Part shown: piece after piece, positions 20,001 to 28,900 of the stretch
How the letters are laid out: every line of letters begins with the position of its first letter
Position numbering within the stretch: position 1 is the stretch's first letter
From: a virus
Strand: one strand, 5' to 3'
Length of the DNA stretch: 64,000 bases
IMG/VR virus record: IMGVR_UViG_3300001848_000317
Notes under the pieces: model-generated
What the model saw: only the letters and a program-made list of their open reading frames with translations
The model's database searches: none
What the model was told of the DNA's origin: nothing
Translations under genes and position numbers: made by a program

Positions 20001-23000
20001 AAGCCGGATTGAACGTCGACGAATACGCTGGCAAGAGCATCAGCCAGATGATCGATGCCGTAAACAAGCAGGATCACCGCCACTCGAGCAATAAAAATGC
20101 TGATCTCGACAGGCTAAAGAATGCGTGGGAAAAACTGGTCGCTAAAAAGTTCCCCGACCTCGAAAGGGCGAGGACAGGTAAACCGTTCGACGATGCTTAC
20201 ATGGAATACATGAAGCCGTTCCAACATGAGTACGTTGATGACCGGCCCAAGAAACCGAGTGGATCTGGTGGCCGTGACTACGAGGAAGTTGCACGGTCTA
20301 TAGCTGACCTGATTGAAAAGAACGACACACTCACCCTTGAGCGTCGTCGTGAGCTGACTCAAGTACTTGGTGACATGCACAAGAAGCGTGCTCCACTGCC
20401 GGCTATTCAAGACACCGGTGACCTTGGTATGTCCCAGGCGCTGTCTTTCTTGAGCGGTACGGCGCCAAACGCAAGCGGGTCTACCGGAAGCAAAGTCCGT
20501 ATCGCGCTGTCTACTCTGGACAAAAAAGGTGGCCTGAAACAACAGGTTATCGAAGCCGCTAAGCAAGCTGGCGTCGATCCGACTGTGTTCGCAACACTGC
20601 TGTATACGGAAAGTACCTTTGATCCTAAAGCTCGTGGTCCCGTCGATAAAGACGGCGACAGACCATACGGCATCGGCCAGATGAAGCTCGGCACAGCCAG
20701 GGATTACGGCATCACTAGCCCTGATCAACTGTATCAAACAAGCATAGCGTTGCCTGCTGCTGCTAAACACTTTCGTAACGCCATAAATTACTACATTAAA
20801 GCCGGTGTTCCGCCACAGGAAGCCGTCAAGTTTGCGCTGGCTGCTTACAACGCAGGGCCTGGTGGCAAAGGTGTGCTACGAGGCGTTCACCGTGCATGGG
20901 AGCGAGCCGGTATGTCTCGCAAGTTTGCTGACGTTGCCCCGTTTCTCCCTAAAGAAACACAAGACTACGTTGAAAGTATTGTAGGTATCAGCAGTTCCGC
21001 GCCTGCTCAGATCAGCAGCCTTAAAGGCGTGCCAATGGTGTCTGGTAAAGGCTCAACACCAGCTCAAATAGCTGCCACACAGGCTTTCCTTAATAACAAA
21101 ATCCAGAACATGAGGCGGTATACCGAAGTCGTTGCCGACCTCGACAAGAGCATGGCTAGTTGGATGGAGGATTTGGCGTCAACAGGTGTGACGCCGACTA
21201 AACTGGAGCAGTTGAATAAGTACAACGAACTTGTTGCGACTATGCGTGAGAAAAATCCGAGTGCTTACCGGTCGTTGATGGGTACGCAAAACGGTCAAAA
21301 TGCCCACGCTGAAAAATTATCTAACATGGACGCTGAGGTGGTGCGTGAGAGTAATCGTTTCCTGCTTGATGCCGAGAAACAACGCATAACCGCTGAACGT
21401 GCTGTCAAACAAGATCGTCTAGCTGTACTGGAAGAAACACACAAGGAGGAGATGGCCGAGTTCGACAAGGAGACTAAAAATCGAAAGAAAGGATTCTTGT
21501 CTGACACAGAAGAACAAAAAGCTCTAATCAAGAAGTTTGAAGATGACCGAGCTGCTATCGCTCTGGCTAAAGAGAAAGTGTATCAGGAGACTCGCCTCAA
21601 ACTGATTGAGGACAGCGAGCAGGCCATACTTGACATTCAAGCAAGCGTCGCTGATAAACGTGCTCAGATAACCGGCGACACCAACGACAAGCTGCTGTCG
21701 CTGGAAGAGAAGTACGCGGCTGATCTGCACAAAATCAACGTCGAAGAACGGCGCGCGTATGAGGCTGAGACTGACCCAGGTCGAAAGAATAATATAAAGC
21801 GGTTAGCTGAGGCTAACCGCCGTGCTCTGTTCATCAGCAAAGAACAATCGAAGCGGGCTAACAGTGAGAGCTACGGTGATGTGTTTACGTCGCTGGCGGA
21901 AGATTGGGGTAAGAGCGGCCCGACCCTGAAGTCTGAAGTCCAGCAAACAATGAGTGGTATCTCCGACATCATGAAGTCCACCTGGACTGAGATGCTGAAC
22001 AGCTCCGACGATGCTTGGACCAAGCTGATAAAGATCGTTGATCAAGCCAGTAACAAATTACTGGACATGCTGACCGACATGGCTTTCAAAGAGGCTGCTG
22101 GTGCCGTAGGAAAAGCTGTACTCGCACAGACGACCAAAGGGCTAAAAATACCTGAACTTAGGCAGGCCAGTGATGCCAACGCAGCCGATAACTATGATGA
22201 ACCTATCAGTGAGTCCGGTGGTTTCAAGTCTTTAGAGGATACCGTTGTTAAGAATCTAGGCACAGGCTCATCCGAAGGTTCGCCTAAAGAAGGATTTGAA
22301 CCGGTTGACTTGACCGCTGCTACAGACAGCTTTGATAACGCTATCGGTGAGTCCGGTGGTTTCAGGTCTTTAGAGGATTCGGAACCTTTTGTATCCAGAG
22401 ATTTAGCCAGTGGGGCAGTGGAAGGCACGTCTACACTAGGTGCTGTTGACGCAGCACAGGTTGCTGACACTGCTGGCGCCGGCGGCGGGTTGCTCGAGTC
22501 GCTAACGACATCAGCAGGCGCAGCCGCACAAGAGCTGGGCGCGCTTGCTCTAGCAGCAGCACCGTTACTTGCTGTACTCGCCGGCCTCGCAAGTATTGTC
22601 GGTTGGGTTGGTAGCGGTATCGAAGCCAACGCTGAGGGCAGTTTCTACGGCGGCACGAAGGGTGCCAAGGATGTGGCTGAAGCGCGTAAGCGCATCGGCC
22701 TTTCAGCTCAAGATCAAGCAGACACCGACACAACTGTTGGCGGTTTGTGGAAAGGCGGTCTTGGTGGTGCGGCTATTGGTTTCGCGTTTGGCGGGCCTGT
22801 TGGTGCAGCCATCGGTGCTGCTGCCGGCATGGTAATTGGTCCGTTCATCGAGAAATCGCTGACTAGCCAAGCCGAACTGGAGAAACAACTGTACGACACC
22901 ACGATGGGCAAACTCAGTAGAGCCGACAAAGCTGCTGGGTTTATCGGCGCCGAGGCTACATCGAGCAACAAGCAGCAGTTGTTGAATCAGCAACTGATGG

Positions 23001-25270
23001 ATTACGCCAAGATTCTCGAGACGGCTAAAGAGGGAACCAAGGAGTATGACGAAGCGGTAGCCGGCGCAAGGATAACGATTCAGAAATTGGATGAGGTGAT
23101 CGCCAATTCCAATCTCCGTAAGGAGCTTTTGAACTACGCCATTGGTAAAGCAGGGGGCGGCGTTGAGTACGCAGACGCGGCGCAGACGCAGCACTGGGAC
23201 AACATCATCACTACAGCTAACAAGGATATTGACAGGATTGACGGCGACCTTGAAAAGGGAACCATCACGAAAGAGGACGCTGACAAAAAGAAAGCAAATC
23301 CTATAGCCGATATTGTCGACGCAATCGCACACAAAAACGCCGTAAAAGATTTTACGGATATGAACAAACACAACGGTTCTGTCATTATGGCCACGGTATT
23401 AAGGGCCGCTGGTCTTATCAATAATTCCGAAGCACTTAACCCTGTCATAGCCCAAAACGAAAACGACATCGGTATATACGACCGTGGTCTTTCCACAATA
23501 ACTAGCGGAGGTAAGTTTTACGACCCTGTAACTAAACAGGAGATGACCGCTGGTCAAGTAGAAGCAAAGCTGACCGCCCTTCATAAAGAGAACATCAGGT
23601 TAAAAAACGAAAAGTACACTAGGAGCCCAGAGTTCGATCGTGACCTGAAGAAGAATTACTACGACAACATCCTGTCCAACGACACGATGAACTTTGTTCA
23701 GGTCGCGCAGAACCGTCGTGAGTCCATGGTTGCCGATGCTTCCATGTGGAATACCAAGTTCGAGTATGCCAAGAAGAGTGGTGACATCCAGGCCCAGATC
23801 CAAGCATCCAACGAGTTCGTCAAGTCTATCAAGGAAATCCAAGCGTCTGCATTCCAGCAAGCTGCTCAGGAGTTCAAAGAGGCATCGGAAGCATCCAAGG
23901 CTGAGGCTGACGATAAGATCAAAGCACTCGATCATGAGATCGTGGTGGCCCAACGGAAAGGTCAGGCCATTACCGCAGATCAAGCCAAGCGTCGGGTGGA
24001 TGCTGTCCGTGAAGGTATTGCGGCACAGGGTCAACTGCTGCGTACCGAACTGACACGGTTGAATCTAACCGCCGATGAGAAGCGTAAGATGGAGGCTGAA
24101 CTCCACAGCCTCAGCATGGACTACATCAACGCTGAAGCCGATGCACGGTTAGAGGCCGGTAAGCAGTGGATCGATCAGCAGCAGCATCTGCTCGATCTGG
24201 ACAAGCAGCACCTGGATTACCTGCGGGATACCAGTCAGGTCAGTGCCGACCAAGCTATGTTCTCAGCAACCGGTACCGAGAACATGTACGGTCCACAGGG
24301 TATCGTCGTGCGGCAAGGTGCGCTGGCTCAAGCCGTCATCGACCAGGGCAACTCCATCAACAACAAGGAGGTCATCGCCCAGGGTGAGTCCCTGATGGAC
24401 AAGGCCGTCAACGACTTCGTCGATTACATGGCCAAGACCCAGGGCACGATGCGCGACACCGCTGTGCGGATGTTCAAGCAGTTGCTGCTTGGTGTGGACG
24501 TACCGACCGACCAACTGAAGGCCATACTCAATCCCGACAACGCTGATCAAACAGCTAAGTCCTGGGAGACGGCCACCAAACCGGTTACCACCTATGCGGA
24601 TAAGGTGTCTCAGATCGGCAAGGATCTCATCAGTCTGTCAGGAGTAACCGGTACCACTGCTGATGCCATGAACAAGGCGTTTGACAGCATCGTGCAAGGG
24701 CCGCTCAAGACCTTGACCGCTCAGATACAGAGCCTGCTGGGTATCGACAAGATAATCGCCGGTGCATCTACACCAACCGGTTCATCGTCTGGTGGTTCAT
24801 CGTCGTCGGGTGGCCCTGGCTGGAGCTACACAGCCATCCAAGGGGATAAATCACAGGGCGGCGTAGGCTCACAGGACATCGAAGGTGGGTCGGTCAGCAT
24901 CCAAGACGGACACTACGTCTACACAGACATCAACGGCAATGCAAAAGTGTTGCAGAACGGTGGTGTAATCGGTTACGCCGACGGCGGCATCGTTCGTAAC
25001 CCGTTCATTGGTGGTCCGCCGAACTCTTATGACACCGTGCCTGCATGGCTCACCCCAGGTGAAGAAGTCAAGACGTCGAGAGATCCGTTCCACATCGGTA
25101 ACCTCGCCGCCACGACCATGCTCATGGCACAGCGGATTGGTTCTATGCTGACAAAGGAAAGCAAGTCGGTTGCGATCACGGTGAGCGGTAACTACATCCA
25201 CCCTGATATGGACATGAACCGGTTCGCCCAGCAGTTGGCCGATGAACTCACCTTCAAGGGGATTCTCTGA
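14021..25270 (+). CDS. tape measure protein, 3,749 aa, with internal lytic transglycosylase domain
   Basis: A single uninterrupted ORF (GTG start, SD AGGAG). It has a TP901-type TMP core (MANVNSIMKVSKEEIAGLSN...GLYDVASAGFEG...LTRRGLQPAEA). It also has Gly-rich hydrophobic segments (GGAAIGFAFGGPVGAAIGAAAGMVIGPF) and sits between the chaperone and distal-tail genes. Confidence 0.9.
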   Translation: MSEEAGGNQLEDIRVSFTADLTKLDSEIAKFANDLSAKLKPITKEVSDAIMGPLGEMLPALKRIIDGLDGAKKDIVTVGGNLGTALGASVTGSLSKATSAAEKELKSHAAKVGAILNEIEQKRVISENTYRGSGKVTAEAELKALKEKKKALDEVYAAQETIGQNLSAPGNKSKYWLDDTAAMSKWAKEANKTADDIVKLERELQKLNQAQTGDVSAEITKIAAASRKAVKDVRDVHEREVKYYETYQRRLKSRENKPGMEQGITAELSFVDQKLTAARAKWEKSISAGIVSAVSKAFAEGLAADPSATGRAAAARNALTLMNTMIKEMPKGISPTTTIKYRAELETTALKADVDNVVKTINRLKAGKVLDESALNAAESELTGMSSLFNKMGDDIRKDASAAKALADALALVAKERASIAAVAESSAAKEQAQESRRLIADRNKANDLEINYLRNRTKQEEADQRKLNAQTVSDRNKMNELEVRYLNKQSQTRKTEEDKEQARRISDRNKANDLEVRYLNKRANDEKAEATRQEKQAITDRNAMNNMEVRYLNKQMQIRKSEEAKAAKESEAATIRNFQKQVDSITEPVTSKSFKQFTDVAQVESLQAAVDQLVAMREGVAQSTKQFEILDKAINKTVEDLIVATNKMDNLEAKERGVVQAALGKMEARGAAPIDVMLRDVDRDIKTADVNRQIKDANKAKVEAEQRDKQVAAANLQSLFDKSNNETAMDSRLKSVAGLANIATRIMDFRTMQEGVARGSDVWVKIQQHIVKLEKEFDNLGNSIHDNERAFAFFEKFNQLEGEFKNIINKPMESTERRAQLEALANRVDVLKDSLKGAVTEVKTLDKFLNQIGAQHAGTYRESDRETKQEQIRQDRIQRKKEEAAARDRKGVFNQRLESSTINKTEFDGADLNRRKSILLSSESVLVNLLKEFGDVPEFALKARTRLKDIKAKLNKVNDEITLEEAKLAGERAFKQQISGGELNLNAEFNRGFNTKDSFTTAGIREKLSKAQEAHSADTDNAKLQQEVERLQRLLFKSRVEDIEGRYKVERAKLAPGQVDEKNKLKDEAVAALTTLRREFKGTEEDAIAFGKKIYKVMAQIAHDTSREIGKVGNEFLDLNGILKRFHDAILAAGNDQTKQLEAYKAFRGELEVLRNSLSGNAEAQQKLINLMIGAAKAVGGLTETSMKQHIGMLQQQYQLDLQEARSVADKRKVYEDFIKTLDAIAPAYAGAVHGAQEFINKEKAGAERLMNSQFRASRGDLMNAVMNVGMMTGGAGAVFKESTDKYAEFSQSMANVNSIMKVSKEEIAGLSNSVLSLSNDPHIAKGPTDLAKGLYDVASAGFEGDKAMEILTAASKGATAGLTDTHTAANILSSTMRAFDYEGMNAGQQMDILFKTVDKGILTFEQLTQHMGPVIQSASMLKVPMQEVGAAISVLTRRGLQPAEAFTALNNVLLGLNSPTKEVTEEARKMGIQWLEAEKAAVHIKDVGLVETLREISEATGGSAEKLQLLLPSMREIRGAAALLADGGFDLIKMNHDFADSLGSTDAALEKQSEGFKHHIEKMQAAWERFMISIGQNNMILSLTDSVTGLINMLNNFPDWIKGGVGLTAGIGALGGLATTVGLVMHALAPMIELLKKESGVAGALGRFGTLVASLSVPLAALAGALGIIGEGFAIYNSEIERADKLSKDWIEDQKKATEEARRMVTALEQKIKSFEKLRDMLKEYSKAADGSAEKTKLMESIMGRLSVIAPDLWLQIRQGSLAFDDLAKPGGGLDRAIDKLKEYLRVNREAAASKFNDNGTIQNSNEAIKAARDNVGKYDKAVALLKTLQLGDYSTKRVYAAGGVGGLGGGYRIDSVDGRQLTQEQWSQIQDPAIRKHLQSLGVVFRDDTMTVRQLGKNQTDIDIRVQSGRSALTQSLAMAEMDKIKATAADFATQHRDDPARVRQYYIDNKIPQFMPEFAKISDPKGTISQQRIDLAHLFKGTITRAMAQEAGLNVDEYAGKSISQMIDAVNKQDHRHSSNKNADLDRLKNAWEKLVAKKFPDLERARTGKPFDDAYMEYMKPFQHEYVDDRPKKPSGSGGRDYEEVARSIADLIEKNDTLTLERRRELTQVLGDMHKKRAPLPAIQDTGDLGMSQALSFLSGTAPNASGSTGSKVRIALSTLDKKGGLKQQVIEAAKQAGVDPTVFATLLYTESTFDPKARGPVDKDGDRPYGIGQMKLGTARDYGITSPDQLYQTSIALPAAAKHFRNAINYYIKAGVPPQEAVKFALAAYNAGPGGKGVLRGVHRAWERAGMSRKFADVAPFLPKETQDYVESIVGISSSAPAQISSLKGVPMVSGKGSTPAQIAATQAFLNNKIQNMRRYTEVVADLDKSMASWMEDLASTGVTPTKLEQLNKYNELVATMREKNPSAYRSLMGTQNGQNAHAEKLSNMDAEVVRESNRFLLDAEKQRITAERAVKQDRLAVLEETHKEEMAEFDKETKNRKKGFLSDTEEQKALIKKFEDDRAAIALAKEKVYQETRLKLIEDSEQAILDIQASVADKRAQITGDTNDKLLSLEEKYAADLHKINVEERRAYEAETDPGRKNNIKRLAEANRRALFISKEQSKRANSESYGDVFTSLAEDWGKSGPTLKSEVQQTMSGISDIMKSTWTEMLNSSDDAWTKLIKIVDQASNKLLDMLTDMAFKEAAGAVGKAVLAQTTKGLKIPELRQASDANAADNYDEPISESGGFKSLEDTVVKNLGTGSSEGSPKEGFEPVDLTAATDSFDNAIGESGGFRSLEDSEPFVSRDLASGAVEGTSTLGAVDAAQVADTAGAGGGLLESLTTSAGAAAQELGALALAAAPLLAVLAGLASIVGWVGSGIEANAEGSFYGGTKGAKDVAEARKRIGLSAQDQADTDTTVGGLWKGGLGGAAIGFAFGGPVGAAIGAAAGMVIGPFIEKSLTSQAELEKQLYDTTMGKLSRADKAAGFIGAEATSSNKQQLLNQQLMDYAKILETAKEGTKEYDEAVAGARITIQKLDEVIANSNLRKELLNYAIGKAGGGVEYADAAQTQHWDNIITTANKDIDRIDGDLEKGTITKEDADKKKANPIADIVDAIAHKNAVKDFTDMNKHNGSVIMATVLRAAGLINNSEALNPVIAQNENDIGIYDRGLSTITSGGKFYDPVTKQEMTAGQVEAKLTALHKENIRLKNEKYTRSPEFDRDLKKNYYDNILSNDTMNFVQVAQNRRESMVADASMWNTKFEYAKKSGDIQAQIQASNEFVKSIKEIQASAFQQAAQEFKEASEASKAEADDKIKALDHEIVVAQRKGQAITADQAKRRVDAVREGIAAQGQLLRTELTRLNLTADEKRKMEAELHSLSMDYINAEADARLEAGKQWIDQQQHLLDLDKQHLDYLRDTSQVSADQAMFSATGTENMYGPQGIVVRQGALAQAVIDQGNSINNKEVIAQGESLMDKAVNDFVDYMAKTQGTMRDTAVRMFKQLLLGVDVPTDQLKAILNPDNADQTAKSWETATKPVTTYADKVSQIGKDLISLSGVTGTTADAMNKAFDSIVQGPLKTLTAQIQSLLGIDKIIAGASTPTGSSSGGSSSSGGPGWSYTAIQGDKSQGGVGSQDIEGGSVSIQDGHYVYTDINGNAKVLQNGGVIGYADGGIVRNPFIGGPPNSYDTVPAWLTPGEEVKTSRDPFHIGNLAATTMLMAQRIGSMLTKESKSVAITVSGNYIHPDMDMNRFAQQLADELTFKGIL
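15341..15739 (+). repeat. 4 x 99-nt (33-aa) in-frame tandem repeats inside the TMP
   Basis: gaccg(t/c)aac recurs at 15344, 15443, 15542 and 15641. The peptide unit is DRNKxNxLE(V/I)(R/N)YLNK... Confidence 0.85.
20540..20880 (+). other. SLT-type lytic transglycosylase domain within the TMP
   Basis: AGVDPTVFATLLYTESTFDPKA (catalytic Glu codon at 20609-20611), then YGIGQMKLGTARDYG, then LAAYNAGPGG. This is the classic E-S / GxxQ / AYNxG motif order. Confidence 0.85.
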
Positions 25271-27144
25271 TGCTGCAAATCCTGGTTAACGGCTACGACT
25301 TCACGGCTTACTACCGACCGAAGTCCTGCTCCATCACGGATCTGCCCGGCGGTGAGATCGGTAAAGCCAGCTTCGTGCTGGAGAACCCGATGTACCCCTC
25401 ACCGCCGACCATGGCCCTCGTTCACAACCCGATGTTCCCCGTATCGGTTGCCCACGATATGCCTGACCCGGATGACTACACCAATCTGGTGCGGTACCGA
25501 CCGGACAGCGGGCATATCGTGGCGATCCGTGATGACCAAGACCCGGCTGGTGTGAACATCTTCGTTGGTGCAATCATCCGAAAACCGGAAGAACCGATTG
25601 TTCGTACAGAGGACGGCAGTTACCACTTCGTCTACTCCGTGCAGGCAGCATCCGCCGGTTACACCCTAGATGGTCATACCGTCACCGACATCTGGGAGGA
25701 TAAGCAGACCGGTTTCATCTTCGCGGATGTTATCGAGTCGCACGCGCCTGACTTCGATAGCAGTAGCATACCGACCAGCGGCGATAAGGCTGGTCGTTAC
25801 CGCCGACCACAGTATGTCGCTGAGCGTAAGCCGGTGCGTCAGGTGCTGGATGATCTCGCTGCGTCCGAAGGTTGGACGTGGTACATCGAGGAAACCGCAC
25901 CGACTAGCCTCGCCAATACCAAGTCCATCCGCCTTGGGCCGCCGATCTACGTTCGGGAGTCGTTCAAGTTCACCGACGACAATGTCGATGAGATGTGTAC
26001 CAAGCCACCGACCATTGATGTCGGTGACCTATCGCAGGTACGGAACGTCATCTGGTTCGATTACAACAGCGAGTATGCTACTGGGCTGAACGCCGGTGCC
26101 GTATCTGGATCGACCAACCCCTACGACTACGACAAGGGTCTGGCCCGTGTAGCTTTGAACAGCACCAACATTGCACCGCTCGGTAATGCCAACTGGGCAA
26201 GCTACGTCAAAGCCGGTGCGGTGTTCTATATCCCCGGTTCGAACTACCGGTATACCGTGGCCCAGGTGTTCGACACTGGCAACATCATCCTCAGCTCACC
26301 GATCCTTGAGTCCAGCGGCGACAAGCCGTATGTGTTCAGCAACATACCGTCGACCATCAAGCTCAAGGACATGGACAGCATCAACACCCTGAAGGATCTG
26401 TTCAATAACGGCGACAACGGTGAGCGGGAGTTCTCGACTAAAGATGACCGGTTGATGCGGTTCGATCAGGCAATCCAGCAAGCTCGGGCACAACTGTCCG
26501 ACCGTGCCAATCCCATGGTCCGCATGACGCTCGACACTAACAGCTACCTGCTGCGTAAGTTCACCGACTGGAACAGCAATGAGCTGGGGATCACCGGTAC
26601 CAAGGTGTATCCGAAAGCTGGTAAGGCGGTTGAGTTCAGTCTGGTCAACCGCAACTTGCAGGGTCTGTTCGTCCAGAAGCAGGTTGTGTGGAAAGATACC
26701 GGTGCCCAGGATGTGGATTACCGGCAGCTATGGCAGATCACCCTGGACTTTAACGACCGTCTGTTCGCCCTGACCACGATCTTCCGTAAGTTGATCGACG
26801 GTCAGTTGAACTCTTTTGGCAACAACAGCAGTCAGGTCATCTTCGACGCCATCGACATCTATGAGCGGGATGCCCGTCTTATCTCGGCGCTCAATCTCGG
26901 TGGTGAGTCGGTCACGATCTACGGGATGGACAATCCCTGGATGGCCGAGAGCATCGTCATGACCGACACCATGTCCGTACAACTTGCCAAGATTGACATG
27001 CCAATGGCCGAAACCGTGCTGATCTCGGATGCCATGACATTCACCAACGTCAGTAACAACTCGACATTCCACTGGTCAGCGCCTGCCGTAAATGCGATCA
27101 ATCGTGCAAAATGGGGGAGGGCACAGTGGAAGAACGTACCGTAG
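25270..27144 (+). CDS. distal tail protein-like structural protein (624 aa)
   Basis: The start overlaps the TMP stop (TGATG). The N-terminus MLQILVNGYDFTAYY is typical of the tail proteins that follow TMPs. Confidence 0.5.
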   Translation: MLQILVNGYDFTAYYRPKSCSITDLPGGEIGKASFVLENPMYPSPPTMALVHNPMFPVSVAHDMPDPDDYTNLVRYRPDSGHIVAIRDDQDPAGVNIFVGAIIRKPEEPIVRTEDGSYHFVYSVQAASAGYTLDGHTVTDIWEDKQTGFIFADVIESHAPDFDSSSIPTSGDKAGRYRRPQYVAERKPVRQVLDDLAASEGWTWYIEETAPTSLANTKSIRLGPPIYVRESFKFTDDNVDEMCTKPPTIDVGDLSQVRNVIWFDYNSEYATGLNAGAVSGSTNPYDYDKGLARVALNSTNIAPLGNANWASYVKAGAVFYIPGSNYRYTVAQVFDTGNIILSSPILESSGDKPYVFSNIPSTIKLKDMDSINTLKDLFNNGDNGEREFSTKDDRLMRFDQAIQQARAQLSDRANPMVRMTLDTNSYLLRKFTDWNSNELGITGTKVYPKAGKAVEFSLVNRNLQGLFVQKQVVWKDTGAQDVDYRQLWQITLDFNDRLFALTTIFRKLIDGQLNSFGNNSSQVIFDAIDIYERDARLISALNLGGESVTIYGMDNPWMAESIVMTDTMSVQLAKIDMPMAETVLISDAMTFTNVSNNSTFHWSAPAVNAINRAKWGRAQWKNVP

Positions 27145-27152
27145 AGGGACAC

Positions 27153-28046
27153 ATGCACATCATCGAACCCGTCACAATCAAAGGCGTGGTAACACTGACG
27201 CTGTTCGATGAGGACGGCAACGAAGTCTGTCAGCAGCGTAACAATCTGGTGACCGACGCACTGAAGCAGCGAATCCTTGGACCGCTGGCCGGTATTGCTC
27301 AGACCTACACGAGCAGTACGCTCGTTACCCGGTTCGGTTTCGGCACGTCGAACGCCGCACCGACCAGCGCGGACGTGATCCTTGGCCGTGAAGTTCTGCG
27401 GAAGCCAGTTACTTCCGGTATCTTGAGCGGCAACCACTTCATCGCTGATTGCAACATCGCTTTCAGTGAACTCAACACGCTGGTCACCACCCTGACTGCT
27501 GCACCTACCAGTACGTCGATCACGGTAGCGAGTGTTACCGGGCTATCCGTCGGTGATGTGCTGGAGATCAATCCGGTCAACACTGTCGGTGTGACAACCA
27601 ACGCCCAGTTCGTCGAGGTCAGTGCGATCAACCCGTCGACCAAGGTGGTTACACTGGTATCCCCAGGTTTGAACATGACCGCCGTACCAGCACCAGCGAG
27701 CGGTTGGTATGCGATGCAGGTTGTCCGTGAAGCGGGTACGTTCATGTCGGTTGGGGCAGCTATCGTGCAGTCACCAATCACCAGTACCAGCTTCGTGGTC
27801 AGCAACCCGTCGCTGTTTAGCGTCGGTCAGTACCTGAACATCCAGACCAGTGCTTCTACGTCTGCGATTGTCCAGGTCAACACGGTGGTCGGCAGTGTGA
27901 TCACCGTCACAAACCCCATGACCGCTCTGCCTATCGAAGGATCGGTTGTCGAGTGCGGCATCCTGGCCAACCACGCGACTGGCTTCACGTTTCGCAAGAC
28001 CAACAAGCTCACCGCCATCGCCCGCGTCGACTTCTCGATGGACTAG
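27153..28046 (+). CDS. tail/baseplate protein, paralogue 1
   Basis: ORF track 27111..28046 trimmed to the ATG at 27153 (SD GAGGGA). Its N-terminal ~100 aa and C-terminus are related to 31068..32108. Confidence 0.6.
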   Translation: MHIIEPVTIKGVVTLTLFDEDGNEVCQQRNNLVTDALKQRILGPLAGIAQTYTSSTLVTRFGFGTSNAAPTSADVILGREVLRKPVTSGILSGNHFIADCNIAFSELNTLVTTLTAAPTSTSITVASVTGLSVGDVLEINPVNTVGVTTNAQFVEVSAINPSTKVVTLVSPGLNMTAVPAPASGWYAMQVVREAGTFMSVGAAIVQSPITSTSFVVSNPSLFSVGQYLNIQTSASTSAIVQVNTVVGSVITVTNPMTALPIEGSVVECGILANHATGFTFRKTNKLTAIARVDFSMD

Positions 28047-28055
28047 GAGTACAGC

Positions 28056-28892
28056 ATGTTGAACATTGACTCACTACTCAGTAGTCAGAAGCCGATTGCG
28101 GATCAGGACATATCCGTTCAATGGGGTCAGGCGGTTGAAGCCGACATTCGCCAGTTGGATTCCCGTACCACGGGTGTGTCTGGCGTATCCGGTGGGTTCG
28201 GTGGTGCCGTACCCTACGGCTCGACCAGCGGGAACGACAGCGGTTGGTCAGGCACGAAAGTTAACTGTTCGGTCTACGCCTACGATGGTAAGCTGTACCC
28301 TAACAGTACGACGTTCCATGACGGCGCTCTCACCTACGACACCGGGTCGACCTACGATAACTGGGTCACCTCGTTCAGTTACACCAGCCAGTCGTGCTCG
28401 TTCCCAACCACGCTACTCGTTGGTGGGACCATCAACGTCGTAGGGACTTTTCCTTACGGCACACCCCTCATTACCGCTGAATACTCAGCCAACGGCGGCG
28501 CCACCTGGGCTCCTTTGACAGGGTCGCAGTCGGGTGCCACCTTCACCATCGCACCTGTTCAGATGAACCGCATTCGATTCACCGCGACGGTGCCGCAGGC
28601 GTCGACCGGTGCGCCTGCCAGTCTCACCAGTTATTCCATGTCGTTCAACGGCAAGAGCTACGGTGAGACTTTGGTCATCGACGTGCCTCTCGCCGGCACC
28701 GACATCACCTACAGCTTGCCGTATCCGGTTGTTCCGGGTGCGGCGTTCTTTCCGTTCTTCCAAGCTGGTCAGCGGTTACGGGCAGACGTCAGTAACCTCA
28801 CGACCACCGGTTGTCGGTTGCAGCTTGTGACGGATGACGGCGTGTATTCCCCGATGAACGGGCGGGGCCTGCTGATCGTGGCACTAGGCTAG
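28056..28892 (+). CDS. tail structural protein, function unassigned (278 aa)
   Basis: ORF with SD AGGAG. It is Gly/Ser/Thr-rich and beta-looking, consistent with a virion surface protein. Confidence 0.55.
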   Translation: MLNIDSLLSSQKPIADQDISVQWGQAVEADIRQLDSRTTGVSGVSGGFGGAVPYGSTSGNDSGWSGTKVNCSVYAYDGKLYPNSTTFHDGALTYDTGSTYDNWVTSFSYTSQSCSFPTTLLVGGTINVVGTFPYGTPLITAEYSANGGATWAPLTGSQSGATFTIAPVQMNRIRFTATVPQASTGAPASLTSYSMSFNGKSYGETLVIDVPLAGTDITYSLPYPVVPGAAFFPFFQAGQRLRADVSNLTTTGCRLQLVTDDGVYSPMNGRGLLIVALG

Positions 28893-28900
28893 GAGGGACA

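Noticed and set aside
14021-25270. The possibility that the giant ORF is a fusion artefact of several tail genes.
   Set aside because: The frame is continuous. TMP-type features (core, hydrophobic Gly-rich segments, C-terminal GYADGG region) occur in the expected N-to-C order, and the flanking genes are the canonical chaperone and distal tail genes. It still needs long-read confirmation (see findings).
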